A stretch of 49,619 nt of DNA, from the NCBI GenBank assembly GCA_011049595.1, contig DRHN01000500.1, positions 1 through 49,619 of the forward strand, given 5' to 3'. The notes beneath the pieces were generated by a model that saw only the letters and a list, made by a program, of their open reading frames with translations, was not told the DNA's origin and made no database searches. How positions within the stretch are numbered: position 1 is the stretch's first letter; each line of letters starts with the position of its first letter. Origin of the DNA: Spirochaetota bacterium. GTDB taxonomy: Bacteria > Spirochaetota > B62-G9 > DRHN01. Position numbers and translations under genes: made by a program. Positions 33,833 to 42,399 of the stretch are shown here, in pieces.

Positions 33833-35695
33833 TTAAATAAAGATGTTGGTATCGGCTGTGCTGTACAGCACCATACTTTTTTTGATATAGCCGAAACGTT
33901 TTGACTTAAGCTCGATGGGGAGATAAAAATACCTGTTCTCTTCGTCATATTTTACCGTTTTCATCTTAATAAGGTCACCCTCGGTAATACCGACGTTATT
34001 CGCGACCGAGCCGGCAATGATCCTGGAAACCAGGTATGATTTTTTCCTTGGCGGGTCCATCCTTGTGACAACAATACCGAAAAGAGGAGTTATTATATTC
34101 TCATGGGCATCGTGGTTGTAGATATAGATCGAAGGCGTTGCCGGGCGTTTTTTCAAAAGAATACTTTTACTCTCAATTTTATCGTCTTTTCTCACGGTCA
34201 AATTGACTATTATCGGGCTGCTGAAATAGGACAATAGAGCCTGAATATCATTTATCTCGTGAACCGTTTTTTGATTCACAGCCTGTATCACATCCCCTTT
34301 TGAAAGTCTGGAGGGCCAGCCGGGGCCTTCGGGTACAACATAGTCTATAATCAGATCCTCCCCCTGTTTTTCAACGGCAAGACCGGCCCAGCTTCTCTCG
34401 ACCTCGCCTCCCTGGTACAGCCTGAATAATTGTGAAAGCAGAAGATTTGAAGGTATCGCAAAATTCAGGTTCTCAAAACTTACAAGCCCTGCAAACGCGA
34501 TACCGACAAGATAGCCATTATCGTTTATCAGCGCGCCCCCGCTGTTCCCCGGGTTCAATGCCGCGTCTATTTGTATTATATTACCTATCTGAAGAAAAGG
34601 CCTGTCAAGAGAACTCACAACCCCTGAGGTCACCGTATTTGTAAGCCCTACAGGATTTCCTATCGCCAGCACTTTTTCACCCTGCCGGATCGCGCTGGAA
34701 TCACCAAACCGGATAAAGCTCTCCATTTTATTTTCAATTTTTATAAGTGCGAGATCATATATAGGGTCATACCCAACTATCCTGGCGGTAAAACGCACAT
34801 TATCATCTTTACCGGGGATGACAAAAATTTTTGAATACCCTTCATACTTCGGATCCACACTGGATTCAATTATGTGATAATTGGTAATAATATATCCATT
34901 TCCATCGATCACAATACCGGTACCTAAAACCTGGTCCGGGCGACCGATCCTGTTCACTGTCTTTATCCCTTTATCGACAATGATTTTTACACTGCTTTTA
35001 ATGGTGTTTTCAATAGCAGTTTCATAAATGCCTTTTTCCTGTTCCATCTTATTTATCAATCCAGATACTTGCAAATTCAGCTCATCGATTTCTTCGTCAT
35101 ACCCGGATAGATCTTTTTTTTTGACAATCTCCGAAAAGGAAGCTGCATACTTTGACGCGAGCAGAGGGTTGTTTCGCTCGATAAATATTTCGGCAAGCAG
35201 TTTATATGGCAATGGATCATAATAAAAAAAATTGGATAAATAAATGAGCCATGACGCTTTCTCGAGATCACCCTTGTCGCTCAGCTCAGTGCTGATAAAA
35301 TCCTGCAGGTTATCATTTAACTCTTCTTTGAATTCCGCAACCTGATCATCAGGGACCACACCATCCACAAGGTTGACATAGGAATAGATAGCCGTGATCA
35401 TCCAGAGTTTGTCATTTGCGTCCCTTTTTTCATCAATTTTTACACGAAGGAGATCTGTGAGTTCGCGGAGCATCTCATCCTTTTTTTCGCCGTCACAACA
35501 GGCTGAGAACTCTATAAAACTTATACTCGCATCATAAAAATTATTCTCTCCAATATGAGCATCAAACTCCTGGGCGATTTTCCTATCCAGATTTATTACT
35601 TCCGCACTCTCTTCCACAGGCGGAGAAACACAACCGGAGAGAAGCATCATAAAACCCATGATGATGATTAAGGCAGTAACATTTTTTAACTTCAT
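33833..35695 (-). CDS. HtrA/DegP-like S1C serine protease lipoprotein with N-terminal helical domain and PDZ-like C-terminal region
   Basis: Lipobox LLSGC. Catalytic triad contexts TNYHII, DLALIKI, GNSGGALI. Confidence 0.8.
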   Translation of the reverse strand: MKLKNVTALIIIMGFMMLLSGCVSPPVEESAEVINLDRKIAQEFDAHIGENNFYDASISFIEFSACCDGEKKDEMLRELTDLLRVKIDEKRDANDKLWMITAIYSYVNLVDGVVPDDQVAEFKEELNDNLQDFISTELSDKGDLEKASWLIYLSNFFYYDPLPYKLLAEIFIERNNPLLASKYAASFSEIVKKKDLSGYDEEIDELNLQVSGLINKMEQEKGIYETAIENTIKSSVKIIVDKGIKTVNRIGRPDQVLGTGIVIDGNGYIITNYHIIESSVDPKYEGYSKIFVIPGKDDNVRFTARIVGYDPIYDLALIKIENKMESFIRFGDSSAIRQGEKVLAIGNPVGLTNTVTSGVVSSLDRPFLQIGNIIQIDAALNPGNSGGALINDNGYLVGIAFAGLVSFENLNFAIPSNLLLSQLFRLYQGGEVERSWAGLAVEKQGEDLIIDYVVPEGPGWPSRLSKGDVIQAVNQKTVHEINDIQALLSYFSSPIIVNLTVRKDDKIESKSILLKKRPATPSIYIYNHDAHENIITPLFGIVVTRMDPPRKKSYLVSRIIAGSVANNVGITEGDLIKMKTVKYDEENRYFYLPIELKSKRFGYIKKSMVLYSTADTNIFI

Positions 35696-35767
35696 ATTTC
35701 TATCATAATATAATCATCGTGAAAATTCAATACATACAGGTTGCCAAAATTCAAAAATACAAAAGGC

Positions 35768-35796
35768 TTGACTACTTTTTAACACGGCATTATAGT
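35768..35796 (+). promoter_or_regulatory. Candidate sigma70-type promoter of the EF-G paralog
   Basis: TTGACT (35768-35773), 17 nt, TATAGT (35791-35796). Confidence 0.45.
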
Positions 35797-35939
35797 GAGC
35801 ATACACTATAAGTTTCATGCTTCGAATGGAACCGGAAGAGAGAAAACCGCCCCTTCCCCGAAGTTGAAGCATCCTCCCCGTCTGAAGTGTTTACAGCTAT
35901 TTTTGAGAAATGGGGATTACACATTCAGTGGAGGCAATA

Positions 35940-38018
35940 ATGAAAAAGATCAATATCGTGCTCGCCGGCCACACCTCGGTGGGAAAAACTTCTTTTATCG
36001 ATACGATCCTGTTCAATATCGGTGCTGCCGATACAATTGGAAAAGTGGATGAAGGTAGATCCCTGAGCGATTACGATGAAGAAGAGATCAAGAGAAAAAT
36101 ATCCATAAAATCTACGGTTTTCAGCTCGACTTATAACGACGTGATATTCAATATAATGGACACCCCGGGGTCATCCGATTTTTCAGGAGAAATCGTCTCC
36201 TGCCTCTATGGAGCGGATTCAATACTTCTTATCATAGACGCGGTCAGCGGGGTAGAAATCGAAACCAGCAAAATCTGGAACCGTGCCCAAAAACTGGGAA
36301 TGCCGGTCCTGATTTTTATTAACAAAATGGATAAAGAGCATGCCGATTACCGGGAAACGCTCGTTAACATAAAGGAAAATTTAAACGCTAATTTAGTTCC
36401 CCTGCAGATACCCGTTGGGAAGGAGGCGAATTTCAAGGGTGTTGTCGATCTTATACGGATGAAATCCTACATCTATACAGCAGAAGAAAAAAAAGGCAAG
36501 GAGCAGGAGATCCCTGAAGATCTAAAAAATGAAGCCCAGGAGATGAGAAATAATATTATTGAAACAGCCGCGGAATCAACCGACGAGCTTACGGAAAAAT
36601 ATCTTGAGGGGGAAAGCCTGTCGGCCCAAGAGATAAGCACCGGCCTAATGGACATGATCGGCAGTAGGGCGTGTGTCCCTGTAACATACGGGTCTTGCCG
36701 GATGAACAGGGGGCTTACCGAAGCACTCGATCTTATATCCCAAATGGCCCCTTCCTCGTATTTTAGAGGCAGCTTCAAAGCATTGGACGCAAATGACACA
36801 AAAAAAGAAATTGAAGTTGAATACAGCAAAGACTCGAATTTCACGGGGGTTGTTTTTAAAACAGTAATAGACCAGTTCTCAGGCAAGATATCCTTTCTAA
36901 GGGTCCTGTCCGGAACAATACAATCCGACAGCGATATACTCAATACCACCAAAGACCGAAAGGAGAGGCTCTCCAAAATAGGGCAGTCCTTTGGAAAAAA
37001 CCAGAAACCCTTCGGCCGTGACGCAGAAGAGGGGGACATTGTGGTATTTACCAAGCTTCCCTACGCCGAAACCGGGGACACGCTTTCCTCGCTATCAAGC
37101 CCTGTGCTGTTACCTGAAATGCAGCTGCCTTCCCCGGTCCACAGTGTTGCTATAAAAACTGTCAACAAAAAAGAAGAGGATAAATTGGGCAGTCTTCTTC
37201 AGAAGGTTTCTGAAGAGGACATTTCATTTAAAATCGAGTACAACAAGGAGACTGCGCAAACCGTTATTTCCGGGATGGGTGAGCAGCAGCTGAACATCAT
37301 TCTTTCCAGGATCAAGGAAAAAAACAAAATAGAATTTGTGACCTCAACACCCCTGGTTGCGTACAGGGAAACCATACAGACGTCCGGGAAAGGGGATTAT
37401 AAACATAAAAAACAGTCGGGGGGCCACGGCCAGTACGGCCAGGTTTTCCTTGAACTGGAACCTCTTCCCAAAGGAGGCGGGTTCGAGTTTGCGGATAAAA
37501 TCACCCAGGGTGCTATACCAAAGGGATATATTCCGGGAGTAGAAAAGGGAGTAAAAGAAGCGATGAAGGAAGGGATCATCGCGGGATACCCGGTTGTCGA
37601 TGTTAAAACATCACTTGTGTTCGGGTCCTTTCACGAAGTGGATTCCTCAGAGCTCGCTTTCAAAATCGCGGGGAGACATGCTTTCAAGATCGCCATGGAG
37701 CAGTCGAAACCTGTTCTTCTTGAACCGGTCATGAACCTGAACGTATACGTGGATGATAAATACACCGGCGACATCATGAGTGACCTTAATTCAAAAAGGG
37801 GAAGGGTCCTGGGAATGGATAACATCGGGAGCAGTTTGCAGCTGATCAAAGCAAAAGTACCGAAGGCTTCGCTGTTGAAATATTCGATAGAGTTGAGGTC
37901 GATAACCTCAGGAACAGGTTCTTTTGAGATGGATTTTACCTATTACGAGCCGATCACAGGCAAAATAGCCGAAGATGTATTAAAGGAAACAAAAAAGAGA
38001 AAGGAAGAGGAAGAATAA
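35940..38018 (+). CDS. Divergent elongation factor G paralog (translational GTPase)
   Basis: G1 AGHTSVGKTS, G3 DTPGSSDF, G4 NKMD, EF-G domains II-V (GMGEQQLNIIL, YRETI, HKKQSGGHGQYG). The switch I region lacks the canonical ERGITI. Start set to ATG 35940, 6 nt after GGAGG. Confidence 0.85.
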   Translation: MKKINIVLAGHTSVGKTSFIDTILFNIGAADTIGKVDEGRSLSDYDEEEIKRKISIKSTVFSSTYNDVIFNIMDTPGSSDFSGEIVSCLYGADSILLIIDAVSGVEIETSKIWNRAQKLGMPVLIFINKMDKEHADYRETLVNIKENLNANLVPLQIPVGKEANFKGVVDLIRMKSYIYTAEEKKGKEQEIPEDLKNEAQEMRNNIIETAAESTDELTEKYLEGESLSAQEISTGLMDMIGSRACVPVTYGSCRMNRGLTEALDLISQMAPSSYFRGSFKALDANDTKKEIEVEYSKDSNFTGVVFKTVIDQFSGKISFLRVLSGTIQSDSDILNTTKDRKERLSKIGQSFGKNQKPFGRDAEEGDIVVFTKLPYAETGDTLSSLSSPVLLPEMQLPSPVHSVAIKTVNKKEEDKLGSLLQKVSEEDISFKIEYNKETAQTVISGMGEQQLNIILSRIKEKNKIEFVTSTPLVAYRETIQTSGKGDYKHKKQSGGHGQYGQVFLELEPLPKGGGFEFADKITQGAIPKGYIPGVEKGVKEAMKEGIIAGYPVVDVKTSLVFGSFHEVDSSELAFKIAGRHAFKIAMEQSKPVLLEPVMNLNVYVDDKYTGDIMSDLNSKRGRVLGMDNIGSSLQLIKAKVPKASLLKYSIELRSITSGTGSFEMDFTYYEPITGKIAEDVLKETKKRKEEEE

Positions 38019-38103
38019 TCTTAGACCAGGATTACCGATCAACTCCGGAGTTTAATGCTCCGCAACGCTATTACCTGACGGTTCCTGAATCAAGCACTTA
38101 AAG

Positions 38104-38715
38104 ATGGAAATCATAAAAACATGTCTGGGAATGCTCGCGGCAAACTGCTTTATAATAAGAAATGAAAATGAAGCAATTGTCATCGATCCTGGGGGGAACG
38201 CTGAAGTCATCTATCCATATATTGAAGAAAGAACACTGACTTATGTTATAAACACCCATGGGCACTATGACCATATCGCAGCCAACAACGATTTAAAAGC
38301 CCGCTATGATACCAAACTTGTGGTAGGTTCCCTGGACCACGAGCTTCTTTTGGACCCGATGTTAAATCTTTCGGCAACTTTCGACGCACCATTTATTTCC
38401 ATCGCGCCCGATCTGCTTCTCTCCGAAGGCGATACTTTACAATTCGATGAAAGCCTGCTGGAGGTCATCCACACACCGGGACACACAAAAGGAAGTATTT
38501 GCATAAAAATGGGAGACACGCTTTTTTCCGGCGACACCCTTTTTTACCACTCTATAGGGAGGACCGATCTGCCCACGGGGTCATACGAAGAATTGGAAAA
38601 AAGCATAAAAACAAAGCTATATATACTGCAGGATGACACAAAAGTATACACAGGCCACGGCGAAGAAACGATTATCGGTGAAGAAAAAACATTAAACGAA
38701 TTTGTCAGGTTGTGA
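38104..38715 (+). CDS. MBL-fold metallo-hydrolase (glyoxalase II-like)
   Basis: THGHYDH (HxHxDH), HTPGHT, GDTLF, GHG. Confidence 0.85.
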   Translation: MEIIKTCLGMLAANCFIIRNENEAIVIDPGGNAEVIYPYIEERTLTYVINTHGHYDHIAANNDLKARYDTKLVVGSLDHELLLDPMLNLSATFDAPFISIAPDLLLSEGDTLQFDESLLEVIHTPGHTKGSICIKMGDTLFSGDTLFYHSIGRTDLPTGSYEELEKSIKTKLYILQDDTKVYTGHGEETIIGEEKTLNEFVRL

Positions 38716-38728
38716 CCGAAAAAAACAC

Positions 38729-38755
38729 TTGCTTATTTTTACAAGTCATTATAGA
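38729..38755 (+). promoter_or_regulatory. Candidate promoter upstream of the trp leader (one of two look-alikes)
   Basis: TTGCTT (38729-38734), 15 nt, TATAGA (38750-38755). A second TTGCTT-15 nt-TATAAA lies exactly 100 bp downstream (38829-38855), inside the leader repeat. The spacer is short in both. Confidence 0.3.
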
Positions 38756-38820
38756 TTGGATTTGGTCACAAGAAACAAATCTGTATGGGGGCAGAAAAAA
38801 CTTTTTTAGTACCTTCTTAA

Positions 38821-38903
38821 CAATTTTCTTGCTTTTTTGGTAAGAAAATTATAAAAGCCGGGCAAGCCCGAAGTTGCAAGAATGTGGCTTGTCCACATTA
38901 GGG
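38821..38903 (+). repeat. Bipartite conserved leader element, copy 2 (upstream of the trp leader peptide)
   Basis: CAATTTTCTTGCTTTTTTGG (38821-38840), ~36 nt, CAAGAATGTGGCTTGTCCACATTAGGG (38877-38903). Palindrome AATGTGG-CTTGT-CCACATT at 38881-38899. The variable part contains AAGCCGGGCAAGCCCG, the reverse complement of the hairpin core of repeat A. Confidence 0.6.
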
Positions 38904-38910
38904 ATTAACA

Positions 38911-38958
38911 TTGAACGGGACACTATTAAAAAATTACTGGTGGTGGTTTCGGTATTAG
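38911..38958 (+). CDS. trpL: Putative trp operon leader peptide, 15 codons with three consecutive Trp codons (MNGTLLKNYWWWFRY)
   Basis: TTG at 38911, 6 nt after AGGGA. TGG TGG TGG at 38938-38946, TAG at 38956-38958. An in-frame TAG at 38899-38901 excludes any longer version. It sits 200 nt upstream of trpE, immediately before competing hairpins. Confidence 0.6.
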   Translation: MNGTLLKNYWWWFRY

Positions 38959-38984
38959 CCGGGACCGGTATATCTGCCAGTAAG

Positions 38985-39033
38985 GCCGCAGGTCCTGGCT
39001 ACTCTTTGCCAGGGTCTGCGGCTTGTTTATTTA
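38985..39033 (+). terminator. Attenuator: intrinsic terminator hairpin with competing antiterminator
   Basis: GCCGCAGGTCCTGGC (38985-38999) pairs with GCCAGGGTCTGCGGC (39008-39022): 15 bp including 2 G-U, 8-nt loop, then TTGTTTATTTA. GCCGGGACC (38958-38966, starting at the last base of the leader stop codon) can instead pair with GGTCCTGGC (38991-38999): 9 bp, 1 G-U. Confidence 0.6.
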
Positions 39034-39063
39034 CAAGCTGCGAGACTTCATCCTGGCAGACTG

Positions 39064-39094
39064 CCGGGGTCCGGTTTTGCGGCTTTTTTTATTT
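39064..39094 (+). terminator. Second, weaker hairpin plus long T-tract in the trp leader
   Basis: GCCGGGGTCCGGTTTTGCGGC followed by TTTTTTTATTTT. Only ~4 GC pairs plus wobble pairs can be drawn. The 3' arm and tail resemble those of the first terminator. Confidence 0.3.
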
Positions 39095-39162
39095 TACAAA
39101 ACAAAATTATATCGATATAGGATGCGGAAAAATAGCAAATTACTGAAAATGCAGGGGGGTCC

Positions 39163-40686
39163 ATGATGCAGACGGAAAACCACGAGAAAAACTACTTAAT
39201 CAAAGTAATACCGGGAGAAAGGTTTACACCTTTCTCACTGTGCCGTAAACTAAGCGCCCGGGTTTTGCTGGAATCCGCGACTTACGGCCAGGGAAGGGGC
39301 CGCTACTCGCTTCTCCTTTTAAAAGAAGCCTTTTCGGTATTGCAAAAAGGAGAAGACCTTTTAATGATACGTGACGGTAAATCCTTTAAGATAAAAACAA
39401 AGGGAAAAGACATCCTCGATATTCTCCTGTATTTTGCGGTGCAGCATGCGGACACTGAATTCAACTTCCCCTTTCCCTCGGGGGGGATCGGATATCTATC
39501 ATACGAGTACGCATCCAGGTTTGACGATGTGAACTTAAAAGATAAAATGGATCCTGTCGGTATACCGGATGCCTATTTCTTATTCGGTAAGGTCTTTGCA
39601 ATTTTTGACCATTACCGTGACACTATCACGCTGATCGCCCTAAAGTATGATGACCCCCCGGTGGACCCGGACGGGCAGTCAAGCCCTGAACATTCCGGGG
39701 ACCTTTCATGGTCTCTCGACCCCGAAATGCCGCAAGCGCCCGGAGGAACACCGGGCCCCGGCAAATCCCGTAATCTTGAAAAAACTTTGGAAGAAATTGA
39801 AGAGAGGATCCATGACCTCGACTTCAACTACCTGTGCCAGAACCAGAAGGAATATAAATGCGTATCCCTGACATCCGATCGCGAGAAAGATGAGTTTATA
39901 AAAGGAGTCGCAAAAGTTAAAAAGGAGATCATCAAAGGCAACCTTCTACAGGGAGTGCTTTCCAGAAAGATGGTACTGCGTACAGAAATGCCGGCACTTG
40001 AAGCTTACAGCCGTCTAAGGTCACTGAACCCTTCGCCTTATATGTTCTACCTGGATTACGGGGATTTTCAGCTATTCGGCTCTTCTCCTGAAATCCATGT
40101 AAAAGTAAACGACAAAAAAGTTATTATGCGCCCGATCGCGGGGACGAGAAAAAGGGGTAAAGATAAAACAGAGGACGAGTTCCTGGAAAAAGACCTTCTC
40201 TCGGATGAAAAGGAGCGCGCGGAACATCTAATGCTTGTTGACCTTGCCAGGAACGATCTCGGACGTATTTGTAAACCTGGAAGTGTCAAAGTATCCGAAT
40301 ACATGGGTATAGAGCGTTATTCACACGTGATGCACATTGTCTCGCAGGTCGAAGGAACTCTGATGGAAGGAAAAACCGGGCTGGACGCAATACGAAAAAC
40401 TTTCCCCGCCGGAACTGTGTCAGGGGCACCGAAGATCAAGGCCATGGAGATAATCGATTCGCTGGAAAAAGAAAAAAGGGGCTTTTATGCCGGTATAGTG
40501 GGATATTTGGAACCGGACGGAACACTGGATTCCTGCATAACAATCAGAAGCGCATTAAAATATGACGATCTGCTGATCCTTCAGGCGGGGGCCGGAATAG
40601 TGTACGACTCCGTAGCTGAAAAAGAATATGAGGAAACATCTTCCAAATTAGGGGCCCTTGGAAAAGCGATCGGAGTGGAGGTATAG
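39163..40686 (+). CDS. trpE: Anthranilate synthase component I
   Basis: LLESA, NPSPYMFYLD, IAGTRKRG, GTVSGAPKIKAMEII, GFYAGIVGY. Contains a ~50-aa Pro/Gly-rich insertion (see findings). Confidence 0.95.
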   Translation: MMQTENHEKNYLIKVIPGERFTPFSLCRKLSARVLLESATYGQGRGRYSLLLLKEAFSVLQKGEDLLMIRDGKSFKIKTKGKDILDILLYFAVQHADTEFNFPFPSGGIGYLSYEYASRFDDVNLKDKMDPVGIPDAYFLFGKVFAIFDHYRDTITLIALKYDDPPVDPDGQSSPEHSGDLSWSLDPEMPQAPGGTPGPGKSRNLEKTLEEIEERIHDLDFNYLCQNQKEYKCVSLTSDREKDEFIKGVAKVKKEIIKGNLLQGVLSRKMVLRTEMPALEAYSRLRSLNPSPYMFYLDYGDFQLFGSSPEIHVKVNDKKVIMRPIAGTRKRGKDKTEDEFLEKDLLSDEKERAEHLMLVDLARNDLGRICKPGSVKVSEYMGIERYSHVMHIVSQVEGTLMEGKTGLDAIRKTFPAGTVSGAPKIKAMEIIDSLEKEKRGFYAGIVGYLEPDGTLDSCITIRSALKYDDLLILQAGAGIVYDSVAEKEYEETSSKLGALGKAIGVEV

Positions 40687-40689
40687 ACA

Positions 40690-42399
40690 ATGCACCTGAT
40701 AATAGATAATTATGACTCTTTCACATACAATCTCTTTCAGTACCTTCTACAGATGGGTTTGAGTGATGTAAAGGTCATCAGGAACGACAGGACCACCGTT
40801 TCTGAAATTGAACAGATGGCCCCGGAGGGTATTATCATCTCTCCCGGTCCCGGGAGACCGGAAAACGCCGGGATCAGTGTAGAGGTCGTAAGGCAATTTG
40901 CCGGAAAAATACCGATCCTCGGGGTTTGTTTAGGACACCAGGCGATCGGTTACGCCTTCGGCGCGAGGGTTGTCGGGGCCAATGAGATCGTCCACGGTAA
41001 AACCGATGAAATGGACCATGACGGCAAAGGATTGTTCCGCAACATCCCCCCTTCGTCTCAGTTTACCCGCTATCACTCCCTGGTTTTATCGAAAGAGACC
41101 ATCCCGGATGACTTCGAGATCACTGCTACTTCAAAAGACGGAGAAGTGATGGGGATCAGGCACAGGCAATTTACACTTGAGGGAATTCAATTTCATCCTG
41201 AATCCATTGCGTCAGAGTATGGTAAAAAGCTGTTGAAAAACTTTATCCATTATAAGAGGGAGCCTTTAAGCATCCCTCAATTCCTGGGGAAAGTGCTGGA
41301 GGGCCGGGATCTTTTAGAAGATGAAGCATCATATTTTATGGAGGAGATGACAAACGGCGAGCTTTCCGATGCTCAGCTGGCATCCTGCCTGACAGCTCTT
41401 AATTCAAAAAAAATCAAAGCTCATGAAATAGCAGGGTTCGTTTCCGTGCTGCAGAAACTCAAAAAAAGCATTTCCGTTTCAAAACCGCTGCTCGACACCT
41501 GCGGCACGGGAGGAGACGGGACACATAGCTTCAATATTTCTTCCATGGCTGCGATAGTGGCATCAGCATGCGGCGCCTACGTGGCAAAACACGGAAACAG
41601 GAGCGTCAGCTCAAGATCGGGCAGCGCGGACTTTTATTCCGAACTGGGGATACCAATCGATATCCCCCCCGAAAGGGCCTCCGCCTTTCTGGAAAAAACC
41701 GGTTTTGTTTTCCTTTTCGCCCCGATATACCACGGCTCGATGAAATACGCTGCCAGGGTCAGACGTGAAATGGGTATAAAAACTGTCATGAACCTTATGG
41801 GACCTCTGCTGAATCCCGCGGACGCGGAATATCAGCTTATCGGGGTATTTTCAGAAGAGCTTTGCGCAATCATGGCTGAAGCCGCAAAATTACTCGGTAA
41901 AAAGAGGGTCATGGTCGTTCACAGCCTCGATGGGTTCGATGAAATTTCAGTCTCGGTCCCCACAAGGATTGTAGAGCTGGATGAAAACGGAAACTTGAAT
42001 GATTATATCCTGGATCCCGGAAAGCTTGGTATTAAAACATCGTCCCCGATAAACCTTGACATCAAGGACTTAAGTCATCAGGACCCGAAGGGCCATCAGG
42101 ACCCGAAGGGTCATCAGGACCCACAAGGGAATCAGGACCTGGCCGGAGGAACTCCCAAGGAAAATGTTCTTCTTGCCCGCGATCTCATCGAGTCAGGGGG
42201 GAAACTTGTCCTTAAAGAAACTGTGCTTCTTAACGCGGGGGCAGCCCTGCGTGTTTACGGTCTGGCTGAAAACATCAAAGACGGCTACATGCTGGCAAAG
42301 GATGCCCTTGAATCGGGGAAAGTAAAACAAAAGCTGGACCAGATAGTAGAGGAGGGGGAAAAGCTGAACGCCGGCGGGGCCCCAAACAGCGCAAAATGA
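40690..42399 (+). CDS. trpGD: Bifunctional anthranilate synthase component II (glutamine amidotransferase) / anthranilate phosphoribosyltransferase (TrpG-TrpD fusion)
   Basis: N-terminal GATase: IIDNYDSFTYNL, GVCLGHQAIG, FHPES. C-terminal TrpD: CGTGGDGTHSFNIS, KHGNRSVSS, NPA. Confidence 0.93.
   Translation: MHLIIDNYDSFTYNLFQYLLQMGLSDVKVIRNDRTTVSEIEQMAPEGIIISPGPGRPENAGISVEVVRQFAGKIPILGVCLGHQAIGYAFGARVVGANEIVHGKTDEMDHDGKGLFRNIPPSSQFTRYHSLVLSKETIPDDFEITATSKDGEVMGIRHRQFTLEGIQFHPESIASEYGKKLLKNFIHYKREPLSIPQFLGKVLEGRDLLEDEASYFMEEMTNGELSDAQLASCLTALNSKKIKAHEIAGFVSVLQKLKKSISVSKPLLDTCGTGGDGTHSFNISSMAAIVASACGAYVAKHGNRSVSSRSGSADFYSELGIPIDIPPERASAFLEKTGFVFLFAPIYHGSMKYAARVRREMGIKTVMNLMGPLLNPADAEYQLIGVFSEELCAIMAEAAKLLGKKRVMVVHSLDGFDEISVSVPTRIVELDENGNLNDYILDPGKLGIKTSSPINLDIKDLSHQDPKGHQDPKGHQDPQGNQDLAGGTPKENVLLARDLIESGGKLVLKETVLLNAGAALRVYGLAENIKDGYMLAKDALESGKVKQKLDQIVEEGEKLNAGGAPNSAK
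42076..42147 (+). repeat. In-frame 18-bp tandem repeat (3 good + 1 degenerate copies) inside trpGD (HQDPKG HQDPKG HQDPQG NQDLAG)
   Basis: CATCAGGACCCGAAGGGC / CATCAGGACCCGAAGGGT / CATCAGGACCCACAAGGG / AATCAGGACCTGGCCGGA. Confidence 0.9.

Noticed and set aside
35795-36052. 85-aa ORF starting at a GTG in the EF-G paralog leader and overlapping its start.
   Set aside because: It begins within the -10 element of the candidate promoter and is out of frame with the GTPase. The composition is basic and low-complexity, and there is no RBS.
38874-39146. 90-aa ORF (MQECGLSTLGINIERD...) in the ORF track, covering the trp leader region.
   Set aside because: It starts at a TTG inside the dispersed repeat and reads straight through two terminator-like hairpins and T-tracts. 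Its sequence is Gly/Ala/Ser/Cys-rich with no motif. The short WWW leader ORF in another frame explains the region better.
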